The translations under genes were made by a program, and so were the position numbers. 64,000 nucleotides of DNA from NCBI GenBank assembly GCA_016735295.1, contig JAERRU010000018.1, forward strand, positions 19,774 to 83,773, read 5' to 3'. Shown in pieces: positions 38,681 to 48,301 of this stretch. Below the pieces are notes generated by a model. It made no database searches. It saw only the letters and a list, made by a program, of their open reading frames with translations, and was not told the DNA's origin. The stretch's first letter is position 1. Each line of letters begins with the position of its first letter. Source of the stretch: SAR324 cluster bacterium. GTDB lineage: Bacteria; SAR324; XYD2-FULL-50-16; JAERRU01.

Positions 38681-39856
38681 ATGAGGAATGATTTCATTTT
38701 CACATCAGAATCTGTCACAAAAGGTCACCCCGATAAATTGTGTGATCAGATATCTGATCGTATTTTAGATGCATGCTTGGCTGGAGACGTTGATTCTAAG
38801 GTTGCTTGCGAAGTCATGGCTACAAAAAATTTAATTATCGTAGCAGGAGAAATCACTACTAAGGCGTTCATCAATCCTGAGTCTATTGTGAGAAGCACTG
38901 TTAAGGATATTGGGTACGATGATATTGCTAAAGGCTTAGATTATAAATCGCTATCGGTAATATCAACATTAAATAATCAATCTCCCGATATAGCCCAGGG
39001 GGTTGTGGCGGGAATAGGCCTTAATAAGGGGCAAGGAGCTGGCGATCAGGGTTTGATGTTTGGCTACGCGACTGATGAAACGGATAGTTTTATGCCTATG
39101 CCTATATATTGTGCACATATGCTATCTAAGGCTTTAGATGACGCTAGGAAAGAAAAAAAAATCCCTTACCTTCGCCCTGATGGCAAAACGCAAGTTAGTA
39201 TTGAATATAAAAATAATCAACCAAAACGGGTGCATACAGTGGTGATGAGTGCACAACATGAAGAGGGTGTTGCTTATTCTGTAATAAAAAAAGACTTAAT
39301 TGAGCTTGCTCATCAAACCTTACCTAAGGGCTTGCTTGATGATAACACCATATTTCATATCAATCCCACTGGTAAGTTTACTATTGGGGGGCCGGCTGGT
39401 GATTGTGGCTTAACTGGGCGAAAAATTGCTGTTGATACTTATGGCGGGATGGGTCGGCACGGCGGAGGATCTTTTTCAGGAAAAGATCCGAGCAAGGTTG
39501 ACCGTTCGGCTACTTACATGGCCAGGTATATTGCTAAAAATATTGTAGCTTCTGGGTTAGTAAAGGAATGCGAGGTACAACTTAGCTTTGCTATTGGTTA
39601 TGACAAGCCTATATCAATTAATGTTAACACCTTTGGTAATAATAGCATCTCAAGTAGTACGTTAAAAGATATAATAAGTGATCGTTTTCCGTTAACGCCT
39701 ATGGGTATTATAAATGACCTTAAACTAAAGCGTCCTATTTACCAAAAGACTTCTTGTTATGGCCATTTTGGTCGTCAATCGAGTGATTTTACTTGGGAAA
39801 ATTTAGATAAAGTTAAATTTTTTACCCGTGAAGCGGCGCAAATATTTGGTTCGTAA
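38681..39856 (+). CDS. metK: S-adenosylmethionine synthetase
   Basis: FTSESVTKGHPDKLCDQISD, GAGDQGLMFGYA and the GGGSFSGKD P-loop. Confidence 0.9.
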   Translation: MRNDFIFTSESVTKGHPDKLCDQISDRILDACLAGDVDSKVACEVMATKNLIIVAGEITTKAFINPESIVRSTVKDIGYDDIAKGLDYKSLSVISTLNNQSPDIAQGVVAGIGLNKGQGAGDQGLMFGYATDETDSFMPMPIYCAHMLSKALDDARKEKKIPYLRPDGKTQVSIEYKNNQPKRVHTVVMSAQHEEGVAYSVIKKDLIELAHQTLPKGLLDDNTIFHINPTGKFTIGGPAGDCGLTGRKIAVDTYGGMGRHGGGSFSGKDPSKVDRSATYMARYIAKNIVASGLVKECEVQLSFAIGYDKPISINVNTFGNNSISSSTLKDIISDRFPLTPMGIINDLKLKRPIYQKTSCYGHFGRQSSDFTWENLDKVKFFTREAAQIFGS

Positions 39857-39952
39857 AGAAGAAATTTACTAAATTATCGTTATTTTTTCAAAGTTTTGCC
39901 CATATATGCCATTAGAATTACGATTAATTTTAAAGAATATTATAATGCTGTC

Positions 39953-41665
39953 ATGAATATTGGAGTAAGCCAAAAGTTGACCACTAAATTGGGAAGTCAT
40001 ATCATACTAGAAACCATTTTAGAGCAAGGAATAGATAAGGTATTTGGCTATCCTGGAGGCTGTGTTATTCCATTATTTGACGCATTATTAAAGTATCCTG
40101 CTCTTAAATTTTATCTAGTTAGGCACGAGCAAGGAGCAACTCACGCGGCCGATGGTTTAGCTAGGGCAACAGGCAAGGCGCAGGTAGTATTTGCTACTTC
40201 TGGCCCAGGGGCAACTAATTGCATGACAGGCATAGCAACTGCTTTAATGGATTCTGTGCCTCTAATTGTGATTACTGGCCAGGTAAAAAAATCGGTGATC
40301 GGCACTAACGCTTTTCAAGAGACTAATGTAGTTGGTCTTAGCCGGCCGATAACTAAGCACAATTTTTTAATTAATGACATAAAGGAGTTGCAATTTGTCC
40401 TTAGAAAGGCATTTTTCATTGCTAACACGGGTCGTAAGGGGCCGGTATTGATAGATATTCCAGTTGATATACAAACAGAGAGTTGCCACTACGATTCTAA
40501 TCCTAAACCTATTGTCATAAGAGGTTATCAAGATAAGATGGTTGCCGCTGATGATTTAGTAGAAAAGGCGTGGCAAATGATTGCAAAGGCGAAAAAGCCG
40601 ATAATTTATGCTGGTGGTGGTAGCAATTCTAAGGAAAGCTCTGATGAGTTAATTAAATTCATTAAAAAAACTAAATTACCCATTACCACCACCTTACTAG
40701 CCCAAGGCGTTTATCCTGAGAGAGATTCACTATCTTTAGGAATGCTTGGCATGCATGGCACTTATGGGGCTAATATAGCTATGACTAAATGTGATCTTTG
40801 CTTGGTGATTGGAGCTAGATTTGATGATCGAGTAACTGGTGAGATAGCTAGTTTTTTGAAACAATCAAAAATTATTCATGTAGATCTAGATCCTAGTTCA
40901 ATTAATAAAGTTAAAATATCTGATCTTAATATACTATCTGATTCACTTTCCTTTTTACAGAAAATAAATCTGTTAGCACGTCAACTTGATACGACTAAAT
41001 GGTTGAAACAATTAGATGATATAAAAGCCAAAGCCCCTTTAAAACAGTATATAGATTATCAACCAAAAACAGATAAATTAAGGCCAGAATATATACTAAA
41101 ATTATTATCAGACATCACCAAGGGCAAAGCTTTTATAGTAACCGATGTAGGGCAGCATCAAATGTTTACTAGCTTGCATTATTCTTTTATGTATCCTAGG
41201 TCACACATTACTAGTGGCGGATTGGGCACTATGGGCTTTTCACTGCCGGCGGCTATGGGAATTGCTACTGAATTTAAAGATAGAGTAGTTATTTCTATTT
41301 CTGGTGATGGCGGATTTCAAATGTGCATGCAGGAGCTAGCTATGATTAGGGATTATAGTTTAGCGGTTAAGATATTTATTTTTAATAATAGAAATTTAGG
41401 GATGGTAAAGCAATGGCAAGATTTTTTTTGGGAAGCTAGATATGCCAGTACTACTTTTGATTTTAATCCTAGTTTCACTATGATTGGTAAAGCTTTTGAT
41501 ATACCTAGCTATGCGGTAAGGGAAAAAAATGAGGTGGCTGGAGCGATAAATAAAGCTCTTAATACTAAGGGGCCTGTATTGGTTGAATTTAAGATAGATC
41601 CTGATTCGCACGTATTTCCTATGGTACCTGCCGGGGCTAAATTGAGTGATATTATTACTAAATAA
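39953..41665 (+). CDS. ilvB: Acetolactate synthase, large (catalytic) subunit
   Basis: ThDP-enzyme layout with GYPGG, FATSGPGATN and the GDGGFQM ThDP-binding motif. The longest ORF starts at 39896. The Met at 39953 gives the usual N-terminal length, and the start remains uncertain. Confidence 0.85.
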   Translation: MNIGVSQKLTTKLGSHIILETILEQGIDKVFGYPGGCVIPLFDALLKYPALKFYLVRHEQGATHAADGLARATGKAQVVFATSGPGATNCMTGIATALMDSVPLIVITGQVKKSVIGTNAFQETNVVGLSRPITKHNFLINDIKELQFVLRKAFFIANTGRKGPVLIDIPVDIQTESCHYDSNPKPIVIRGYQDKMVAADDLVEKAWQMIAKAKKPIIYAGGGSNSKESSDELIKFIKKTKLPITTTLLAQGVYPERDSLSLGMLGMHGTYGANIAMTKCDLCLVIGARFDDRVTGEIASFLKQSKIIHVDLDPSSINKVKISDLNILSDSLSFLQKINLLARQLDTTKWLKQLDDIKAKAPLKQYIDYQPKTDKLRPEYILKLLSDITKGKAFIVTDVGQHQMFTSLHYSFMYPRSHITSGGLGTMGFSLPAAMGIATEFKDRVVISISGDGGFQMCMQELAMIRDYSLAVKIFIFNNRNLGMVKQWQDFFWEARYASTTFDFNPSFTMIGKAFDIPSYAVREKNEVAGAINKALNTKGPVLVEFKIDPDSHVFPMVPAGAKLSDIITK

Positions 41666-41668
41666 CTT

Positions 41669-42151
41669 ATGACATCAAAAAAAACACGGCAAGTTTTATC
41701 TATTTTAGTATCAGATACATCGGGCACTTTGCTAAGAATTGCTGAGATTTTTGGTTCACGGGGATATAATGTTGATTCAATATGTTCTGGCAGCTGTGAA
41801 GAGCCTAATTGTCAACGTTTAACGCTAGTTTGCAATGAGCCCCCGAATAATATAGAAAAGATAGTGAAGCTACTAGATCAGCTAATAGATATTTATGATA
41901 TAACCTTAATTAATCCTGCTTCAGAAATTACTAGGGAATTGATGTTAGCTAAGATATCCTTTACTGGGGATAAACTTGCACTTCTTAATGATTTACGTGA
42001 GTTTGACGCTAAAATTATTAGAGATGACGATAAACATATTAGCTTAGAAGCTATTGGCACTGCTTATACTATAGATAAAATTTATGAAATAATAAAAAAA
42101 TATCAAATTGTGGAAATATCTCGTACTGGAGAAGCGGCTATACAAAAATAA
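41669..42151 (+). CDS. ilvN: Acetolactate synthase small (regulatory) subunit
   Basis: N-terminal ACT domain VLSILVSDTSGTLLRIAEIFGSRGYNVDSI, 160 aa. It starts 3 bp after ilvB. Confidence 0.75.
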   Translation: MTSKKTRQVLSILVSDTSGTLLRIAEIFGSRGYNVDSICSGSCEEPNCQRLTLVCNEPPNNIEKIVKLLDQLIDIYDITLINPASEITRELMLAKISFTGDKLALLNDLREFDAKIIRDDDKHISLEAIGTAYTIDKIYEIIKKYQIVEISRTGEAAIQK

Positions 42152-42283
42152 ACTTTAGTTACGCTAAAATTGACAATTTGCTATCTTTTAGTATTCTTCA
42201 TTTTATGCGATTGATAATATAATAATTAATTATTTTGATTATTGTACAAATAAAAAAAATTAATTTTATACATATACACTTTT

Positions 42284-43288
42284 ATGAAAGAAGCTAATGA
42301 ATTTATCGTATATTACGATAAAGATGCTAATACTAATCTGTTAGCAAAAACAAAACTAGCAGTAATTGGCTTTGGTAGCCAAGGCCATGCCCATGCATTA
42401 AATTTAAAAGATTCAGGTTTTAATGTTGTGGTAGGCCTGCACGAGGCTTCAAAATCGATAGATAAGGTAAAAAAAGCTGGTGTTAAGGTTTTGTCTGTAG
42501 CTGAAGCTACTAAATGGGCAGATATGGTTATGTTACTCGCACCTGATCAACACCATGGAAAAATATATAATGATCATATAAAAGATAACCTTAGTGCAGG
42601 TAATATTTTAGCATTTGGACATGGGTTTAGCATTCATTATGGGCAAATAGTCCCTCCCAAAGATGTTGATGTGGTTATGATTGCCCCTAAAGGTCCGGGG
42701 CACTTGGTTAGACGAACTTACCAGCAAAATTCTGGCGTTCCTTGTATTATTGCGGTGCAAAATGACGCTTCTGGTAAAGCCAAAGAATATGCACTAGCAT
42801 GGGCTAAAGCTATTGGTGCGACAAAGGCGGGAGCTATTTTGACCACCTTTAAAGATGAAACTGAAACAGATTTATTTGGGGAACAAGCTGTGCTTTGTGG
42901 GGGAACGGTTGAATTAATTAAGGCTGGTTTTGATACTTTAGTTGAAGCTGGCTACCCGCCGCATATTGCTTATTTTGAATGTTTACATGAAATGAAGCTT
43001 ATCGTAGATCTCATTTATGAGGGCGGATTTAGCAAAATGAATCATTCTATTTCTGATACAGCTAAATATGGTGAATACATAAGTGGCCCTAAAATAATAG
43101 ATAAACATGTTAGAAAAAATATGAAAAAGGTGCTAACAGATATTCAAAATGGCAGCTTTTCTAAACGATGGTTATTGGAAAATTCGGTAGGAATGCCAGA
43201 ATTTAATGCTCTGCATAAAAAAACCAATGAGCACCCTATTGAAAAAATAGGTGCTAAGTTGAGAAGTATGTTTAGTTGGCTTAAATGA
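42284..43288 (+). CDS. ilvC: Ketol-acid reductoisomerase
   Basis: [24 protein letters not shown] motif. 334 aa, class I KARI. Confidence 0.9.
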   Translation: MKEANEFIVYYDKDANTNLLAKTKLAVIGFGSQGHAHALNLKDSGFNVVVGLHEASKSIDKVKKAGVKVLSVAEATKWADMVMLLAPDQHHGKIYNDHIKDNLSAGNILAFGHGFSIHYGQIVPPKDVDVVMIAPKGPGHLVRRTYQQNSGVPCIIAVQNDASGKAKEYALAWAKAIGATKAGAILTTFKDETETDLFGEQAVLCGGTVELIKAGFDTLVEAGYPPHIAYFECLHEMKLIVDLIYEGGFSKMNHSISDTAKYGEYISGPKIIDKHVRKNMKKVLTDIQNGSFSKRWLLENSVGMPEFNALHKKTNEHPIEKIGAKLRSMFSWLK

Positions 43289-43337
43289 TATATTCAATTT
43301 TTCATTACTTCGCACTACATATGATAATAAAATAATT

Positions 43338-44420
43338 ATGAGTACTCACAAAGATATAGTATTTTTAGCTGGCGACGGTATCGGCCCTGAGATATCAATT
43401 CAAGCACTTAAGCTATTAAAGCACTTTGCATCTATCTACGATATATCCTATAAAATCACTGAATTACCTATTGGTGGTGCTTGCTATGATATTCACCAAG
43501 TTCCTATTACTGATCAGATTTTGGATAGATGTAAAAAGGCTGACGCTGTTTTTTTAGGAGCTGTGGGAGGCGATAAATGGGATAATTTACCTATGAAATT
43601 TCGTCCAGAAAGTGCATTATTAAAACTAAGGAAAGGACTTGGGCTTTATGCTAATTTAAGACCAATAGAGATTTATGATGGTCTTGATTCTATTTCTCCC
43701 CTTAAAGCTAGCATAACTAAAGGGGTTGATTTAATGATTGTTCGAGAATTAACTGGCGGTATTTATTTTGGTAATCCTCGAGGAATCAAAGAAGTTAATG
43801 GCCAAAAGACTGGTTTTAATACTATGCAATACTGTGAAGATGAGATAAAGATAATTGCCAAGAAGGCTTTTGAATTGTCTTTGCAAAGATCTGGCAGGCT
43901 TTGCTCGGTGGATAAAGCAAATGTTTTAGAAACTAGCCGGCTATGGAGAGAGACTGTTGATGAAGTGGCTAAATCTTTTCCTAGCGTAAAGTTAAGCCAT
44001 ATGTATGTAGACAACGCGGCTATGCAATTAATTAGTAACCCGCGTCAGTTTGATTGCATTTTGACTGGTAATATGTTTGGTGATATTTTGAGCGATTTAG
44101 CCGCTACTATCACCGGTTCTATTGGTTTGTTACCTAGTGTTAGCATTGGGGGAAAAACCATTTTATATGAACCTGTGCACGGAAGTGCTCCTGATATTGC
44201 TGGCAAAAACCTAGCTAATCCTTTAGCGGCCTTTTCTTGTATTGGGCTTATGCTAAAACACACTTTCAAGATAGATAAAGCTGACGTACTACTAAACAAG
44301 GCTTTAACTAGTACACTAGAAAAATACCGCACTAGCGATATATGGCAAGATGGCACTACCAAGCTTGGCTGTTCGCAAATGGGGGATATATTTATTAAAA
44401 ATATTAGCAATTTTACTTAA
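43338..44420 (+). CDS. leuB: 3-isopropylmalate dehydrogenase
   Basis: FLAGDGIGPEI N-terminus and NMFGDILSD signature. 360 aa. Confidence 0.9.
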   Translation: MSTHKDIVFLAGDGIGPEISIQALKLLKHFASIYDISYKITELPIGGACYDIHQVPITDQILDRCKKADAVFLGAVGGDKWDNLPMKFRPESALLKLRKGLGLYANLRPIEIYDGLDSISPLKASITKGVDLMIVRELTGGIYFGNPRGIKEVNGQKTGFNTMQYCEDEIKIIAKKAFELSLQRSGRLCSVDKANVLETSRLWRETVDEVAKSFPSVKLSHMYVDNAAMQLISNPRQFDCILTGNMFGDILSDLAATITGSIGLLPSVSIGGKTILYEPVHGSAPDIAGKNLANPLAAFSCIGLMLKHTFKIDKADVLLNKALTSTLEKYRTSDIWQDGTTKLGCSQMGDIFIKNISNFT

Positions 44421-45095
44421 ATGGATAAAAAAAATGGCTCACTACTCGATAAATTTGATAATCTTGAATATCCAGATAAACCAGATTCTAGCTCAGTTGA
44501 GATAGAAAGAAATGATCAAGACTTTATTTCAAAAATTAAAGATACCCTTACTAAATTTGTTAAATCAAATAAAATAAAGTTACCACTTGAGCCGATGAAT
44601 TCTTATTTAAGGAGGATAGTTCATATGGAAGCTACTGAATCTAATTTAGTTTCTAAATCTGAAGGAGAGGGAAGGGATCGTCATTTGGTTATTACTAAAA
44701 ATACAGATTCTAAAGATACTAAAGATACTAAAGAAACTAAAAAAACAAAGCTAGCGGCAGTAACTGAACCTGCTAAAAAAGAAAAAGAATCAACTAAAAT
44801 TGAAAAATCAAGCTTGCCTGCCTCGCAAGCGAGAGATAATAAAAGTAGGCCTGCTTTTGGCAACAGAGATAATAACAAAAGAAGCGGTTTTAAAGGTAGT
44901 TCATTTAGCCAACCAGATTTAAGTGAACGAGAATTTTTAATTGCGGTTTCTCCTAAAGGCATAGAAGTCATCATAGATGAAAGTGGCTTTATCGGCATAA
45001 AACAAGGACAATTGGGTGATAATATAATAGACTCAAAAATGATTAAAAGTGGTTCATTTAAAGTATCTAATAATAAGATAATCGAAATTCCTTGA
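44421..45095 (+). CDS. R3H-domain (single-stranded nucleic-acid-binding) protein with a Lys/Asp/Thr low-complexity tail
   Basis: LEPMNSYLRRIVHMEATE...SEGEGRDRHLVI matches the R3H fold signature (R-x3-H, then SEGEG..R.V.I) as in Jag/KhpB. It also has a KDTKDTKETKKTK repeat. Its start codon directly abuts the leuB stop. Confidence 0.55.
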   Translation: MDKKNGSLLDKFDNLEYPDKPDSSSVEIERNDQDFISKIKDTLTKFVKSNKIKLPLEPMNSYLRRIVHMEATESNLVSKSEGEGRDRHLVITKNTDSKDTKDTKETKKTKLAAVTEPAKKEKESTKIEKSSLPASQARDNKSRPAFGNRDNNKRSGFKGSSFSQPDLSEREFLIAVSPKGIEVIIDESGFIGIKQGQLGDNIIDSKMIKSGSFKVSNNKIIEIP

Positions 45096-46279
45096 ATAAA
45101 GAAACACTATCTTTAAATAGTGTTACTGGTGCAAATAGCCGAGCTTTAGTGAATTATGAGGCCTCTTTATATTGTAAAGAGCATATTGATTTTGGGTTAG
45201 CGTCTCAGTTAACCCACTTCATAGTTCATACTAGTGAGTTAAGCAAGCAGGGCACTGTATCTTTAGCTAGTATCAGCGGGCTCTTAAAACTATTTACGGC
45301 TAGTCAAAAAAAAATTCTCCTTCAAATAGACATTCCTTGTTTTAATGATGATTTACCTATATTGGTAAATAGTCTAGGAGAATTTATTGAGCAAGGAGTG
45401 GTGTTAAGAATTGAGGATGTGGGCTTGGCTAGATTGCTCCTCACTCGCTATCCGAATATGTTGTGGCACTTGATTTTAGCATATCATTCCAAAACTGCTC
45501 TCGCTTGGCAAGGCTGGATTAAATATTTTGGTAATTCTCTTAAAAGGCTGGTTATATCTGCAGAAATTCCTTATTTAGACCTTAAAAATCAGCAAATTAT
45601 ATTTAAAAAAACACATAAAAACGTAGATATTGAAATATTAGGTGCCGGCAAATTAACTATTTTTTATTCCACCAGAACTATTGATAGCGAGGTCGGCCAT
45701 TATCAACTAAGCCAGCCAGAAAGAGATAACACCCCTAATTTGAGAATGTTCAAGTCTAAGCATGGTTTTTGTGTTTATTTTGGACAAGATATATTTATAT
45801 TAGATCTTCATGAGCAAATATTAAGCAGTCAACCAGATGTGATAAGGCTTGATTTTTATAGGTCTATTCATTGGAATATTTTTAATCGCCACTATCCCCA
45901 AAATAACTGGCAAGAAAATGTAAAAAGGGAGTGGGCTAGTGGCACCAGTTATGGATTTTTCATGGCTAATCGCACTGATTCACCCTTTAGGTTGCTAAAA
46001 AATAAAAATTTATCTTCCATTGATCCGGCCAAAATAGTAGGTGCTAGCATTGAATATGTGAGGGATTCACATAATGTTATTAAATTAGAGAAAAACATAA
46101 AGCTACCAAAAATGCTTACTTTCATCACCCCTGAAGGATTTATTTTGAAACATTGCTTGGAAAATGCTGAAAATATTTTTAATCACAGCACTAGCAACAA
46201 CCTATCTCCTGGTTATTATCTGATTAAAGCGGTAAAAAAAGCCGTTCCCAAAAGTGTGATTATTGATGAAACCAGCTAA
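45092..46279 (+). CDS. Degenerate U32-peptidase-family (PrtC/UbiU/TrhP/RlhA-type TIM-barrel) homologue lacking the conserved Cys motif
   Basis: A hand alignment to E. coli YhbU is colinear over about 130 aa. DPGLIMLVREHFPEMPIHLS...LTRVILSRELSLEEI...EIEIFVHGALCMAYSGRC aligns to DVGLARLLLTRYPNMLWHLI...LKRLVISAEIPYLDL...DIEILGAGKLTIFYSTR. The E-x-F-x-HGALC...SGRC signature is replaced by EILGAGKL...YSTR, with no Cys and no His. There is a 4-bp ATGA overlap with the upstream R3H gene. Confidence 0.45.
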   Translation: MNKETLSLNSVTGANSRALVNYEASLYCKEHIDFGLASQLTHFIVHTSELSKQGTVSLASISGLLKLFTASQKKILLQIDIPCFNDDLPILVNSLGEFIEQGVVLRIEDVGLARLLLTRYPNMLWHLILAYHSKTALAWQGWIKYFGNSLKRLVISAEIPYLDLKNQQIIFKKTHKNVDIEILGAGKLTIFYSTRTIDSEVGHYQLSQPERDNTPNLRMFKSKHGFCVYFGQDIFILDLHEQILSSQPDVIRLDFYRSIHWNIFNRHYPQNNWQENVKREWASGTSYGFFMANRTDSPFRLLKNKNLSSIDPAKIVGASIEYVRDSHNVIKLEKNIKLPKMLTFITPEGFILKHCLENAENIFNHSTSNNLSPGYYLIKAVKKAVPKSVIIDETS

Positions 46280-46337
46280 CAAATAAAAATTTAGCCAACT
46301 TTTATCTCACCAGCAATATATATAGACTCAAAAACAA

Positions 46338-46376
46338 TAGATCTAACTTTAGATCTACCTTTTGCTTGATTTTTTG
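46338..46376 (+). terminator. Candidate rho-independent terminator after the U32-like gene
   Basis: TAGATCTAA-ct-TTAGATCTA inverted repeat followed by a T-rich tract (ccttttgcttgattttttg). Confidence 0.35.
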
Positions 46377-46480
46377 ATATAGCTATGCTAGCATACACCC
46401 GTGATGCGAAAATCTTTATCTGGAAGTAGGTAAAGTAATTTAATAATTTTTTTACTAATAACAATTTATATTTTTAAAAA

Positions 46481-46666
46481 ATGTCCCCAGAAGTTGGAGT
46501 ATATATCTATGTTATCTCAACTATATTATTTTCAGTGATTATTTTAGCTTATCTGTATTATGTATTATCGATGAAAGGAGAAAAGGCTAAGAAAATTGAA
46601 TCTCACGGTAACATAATATTCACCGAAGAACCTTTGGATCCTTATAAATCCAAAAATAAATCTTAA
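46481..46666 (+). CDS. Small single-pass membrane protein (61 aa), hypothetical
   Basis: One strongly hydrophobic helix followed by a charged tail. It could equally be a non-coding AT-rich ORF. Confidence 0.3.
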   Translation: MSPEVGVYIYVISTILFSVIILAYLYYVLSMKGEKAKKIESHGNIIFTEEPLDPYKSKNKS

Positions 46667-46693
46667 GCGTAATAAACCAAGGTTGATCTATCA

Positions 46694-48289
46694 CTATATA
46701 TTATTAGTGGGAGTGGTTTTACTCTTAAATAATTGATAAATAAGGCTATCCACCAATCCTGCAAAACTAGCCCCAATTATATCGAAGCTAACCCCTACAG
46801 TAGTCCAAGTCTTGTCTAGTGCTTTAGATTCTATCAATACCCGCACCGTAGCCTCGCTCCCTCTCCCTAATTGTTCTAATATTCTCACCTTATAATCAAC
46901 CAACCTATAATCGGCTAATTGGGGGTAATAAACCGATATTCCTTTCTTCAATGCTAAAAATAAAGAATCCACCGGTCCATTGCCCTCACTGCTATAAAGG
47001 GCACTGCCCCCATCCTTTGTTACTTGAAGTTTCACAGTTGCTAAACTTTCGGCGTCATTACTAGCAACAAGTTTTTCATTGATTACTCGGTAACTAATAA
47101 CTTTAAAATAATCAGGCACTAGGTTAAATCTACCTAGCAAGAATAATTCAAAACTAGCGTCAGCCGCTTCAAAGGCGTACCCTCTATTTTCTAGTTTTTT
47201 CAATTCAATAAGCGCTTTTTTTAGCGATGCATCATCAAATTTATCAGCTAAATTCCACTTATCGATTTTATATTTTATGTTAGAATAGCCACTCAAATCA
47301 CTCACTAATACCCTTCTGGCATTACCAACTAAAGCGGGATCTATATGCTCATAGGTTTTAGGATTTCTTAATATAGCTGAAACATGCACGCCCCCTTTAT
47401 GAGCAAAAGCACTTTTACCAATGAAAGGTTGATCATCTATTTCTTTTAGGTTGGCTATTTCTAAAATGGTATTACCTAGGTGAGTCAATTTTTTTAATTG
47501 AGCTTTTCCTATAACTTTCATTCCCATTTTTAGCTGTGCGTTGGCCATAATACTGATTAGATTAGCATTACCACAGCGTTCACCAAATCCATTAATCGTC
47601 CCTTGCACCATTTTCGCTCCCTTTCTCACCGCGACTAGGGAATTAGCTACCCCCATCTCCCCATCATTATGTGCGTGAATGCCAAATTTTTCTGGCATAA
47701 TTGGCTTTAACTCATCTAAAATTTCTTCCACCTCCCAAGGCATGGCTCCCCCATTTGTATCACAAAGTACTAGATAATCAGCTCCCGCCTGCTTCACCAC
47801 CTCCATTACCTTTTTTGTATAATCAGGATTATTTTTGTAGGCATCAAAAAAATGCTCCATATCAAAAATAACTTCCTTAAAATACTTCTTTAAATGGCTG
47901 ATACTATCAAATATTAGTTCGCAATTCTCTGCTAGGCTTATTCTTAAGGCAGTTTCTACGTGAAAATCCCACGATTTGCCAAAAATACAAGCCACATCGG
48001 CCTCGCTCTTTATGGTTGCCGTTATATTTGCATCATCTTCTATTTTAACTCCTGCTCGCTTAGTAGAGCTAAAAACCGTAATCAATGAATGTTTAATATT
48101 ACTATTTTTAACTCTTTGAAAATACTCAAAATCCTTAGGATTTGAGCCCGGCCACCCTCCTTCAATATAATCTATTCCAAAATCATCTAAAAGCTTAGTT
48201 ATTAGTAATTTGTCATTAAGAGAAAATGAAACATGCTCCGCTTGCGACCCATCACGCAAGCTTGTATCAAATATGCTAAGATAACTCAT
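46694..48289 (-). CDS. cimA: (R)-citramalate synthase / 2-isopropylmalate synthase family enzyme (CimA-like, Geobacter type)
   Basis: N-terminal IFDTSLRDGSQAEHVSF (DRE-TIM metallolyase; the RDG(T/S)QAE..SF variant I associate with GSU1798-type CimA), plus a C-terminal LeuA-dimer regulatory domain. 531 aa. Distinguishing CimA from LeuA requires phylogeny. Confidence 0.7.
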   Translation of the reverse strand: MSYLSIFDTSLRDGSQAEHVSFSLNDKLLITKLLDDFGIDYIEGGWPGSNPKDFEYFQRVKNSNIKHSLITVFSSTKRAGVKIEDDANITATIKSEADVACIFGKSWDFHVETALRISLAENCELIFDSISHLKKYFKEVIFDMEHFFDAYKNNPDYTKKVMEVVKQAGADYLVLCDTNGGAMPWEVEEILDELKPIMPEKFGIHAHNDGEMGVANSLVAVRKGAKMVQGTINGFGERCGNANLISIMANAQLKMGMKVIGKAQLKKLTHLGNTILEIANLKEIDDQPFIGKSAFAHKGGVHVSAILRNPKTYEHIDPALVGNARRVLVSDLSGYSNIKYKIDKWNLADKFDDASLKKALIELKKLENRGYAFEAADASFELFLLGRFNLVPDYFKVISYRVINEKLVASNDAESLATVKLQVTKDGGSALYSSEGNGPVDSLFLALKKGISVYYPQLADYRLVDYKVRILEQLGRGSEATVRVLIESKALDKTWTTVGVSFDIIGASFAGLVDSLIYQLFKSKTTPTNNI

Positions 48290-48301
48290 GAAAATTTAAT
48301 C

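Noticed and set aside
39896-39952. The upstream in-frame extension of ilvB (MPIYAIRITINFKEYYNAV) as an Ile-rich attenuation leader peptide.
   Set aside because: It is in frame and contiguous with ilvB rather than a separate short ORF with a terminator/antiterminator. The Ile content is not unusual for this AT-rich genome. It is treated as start-codon ambiguity.
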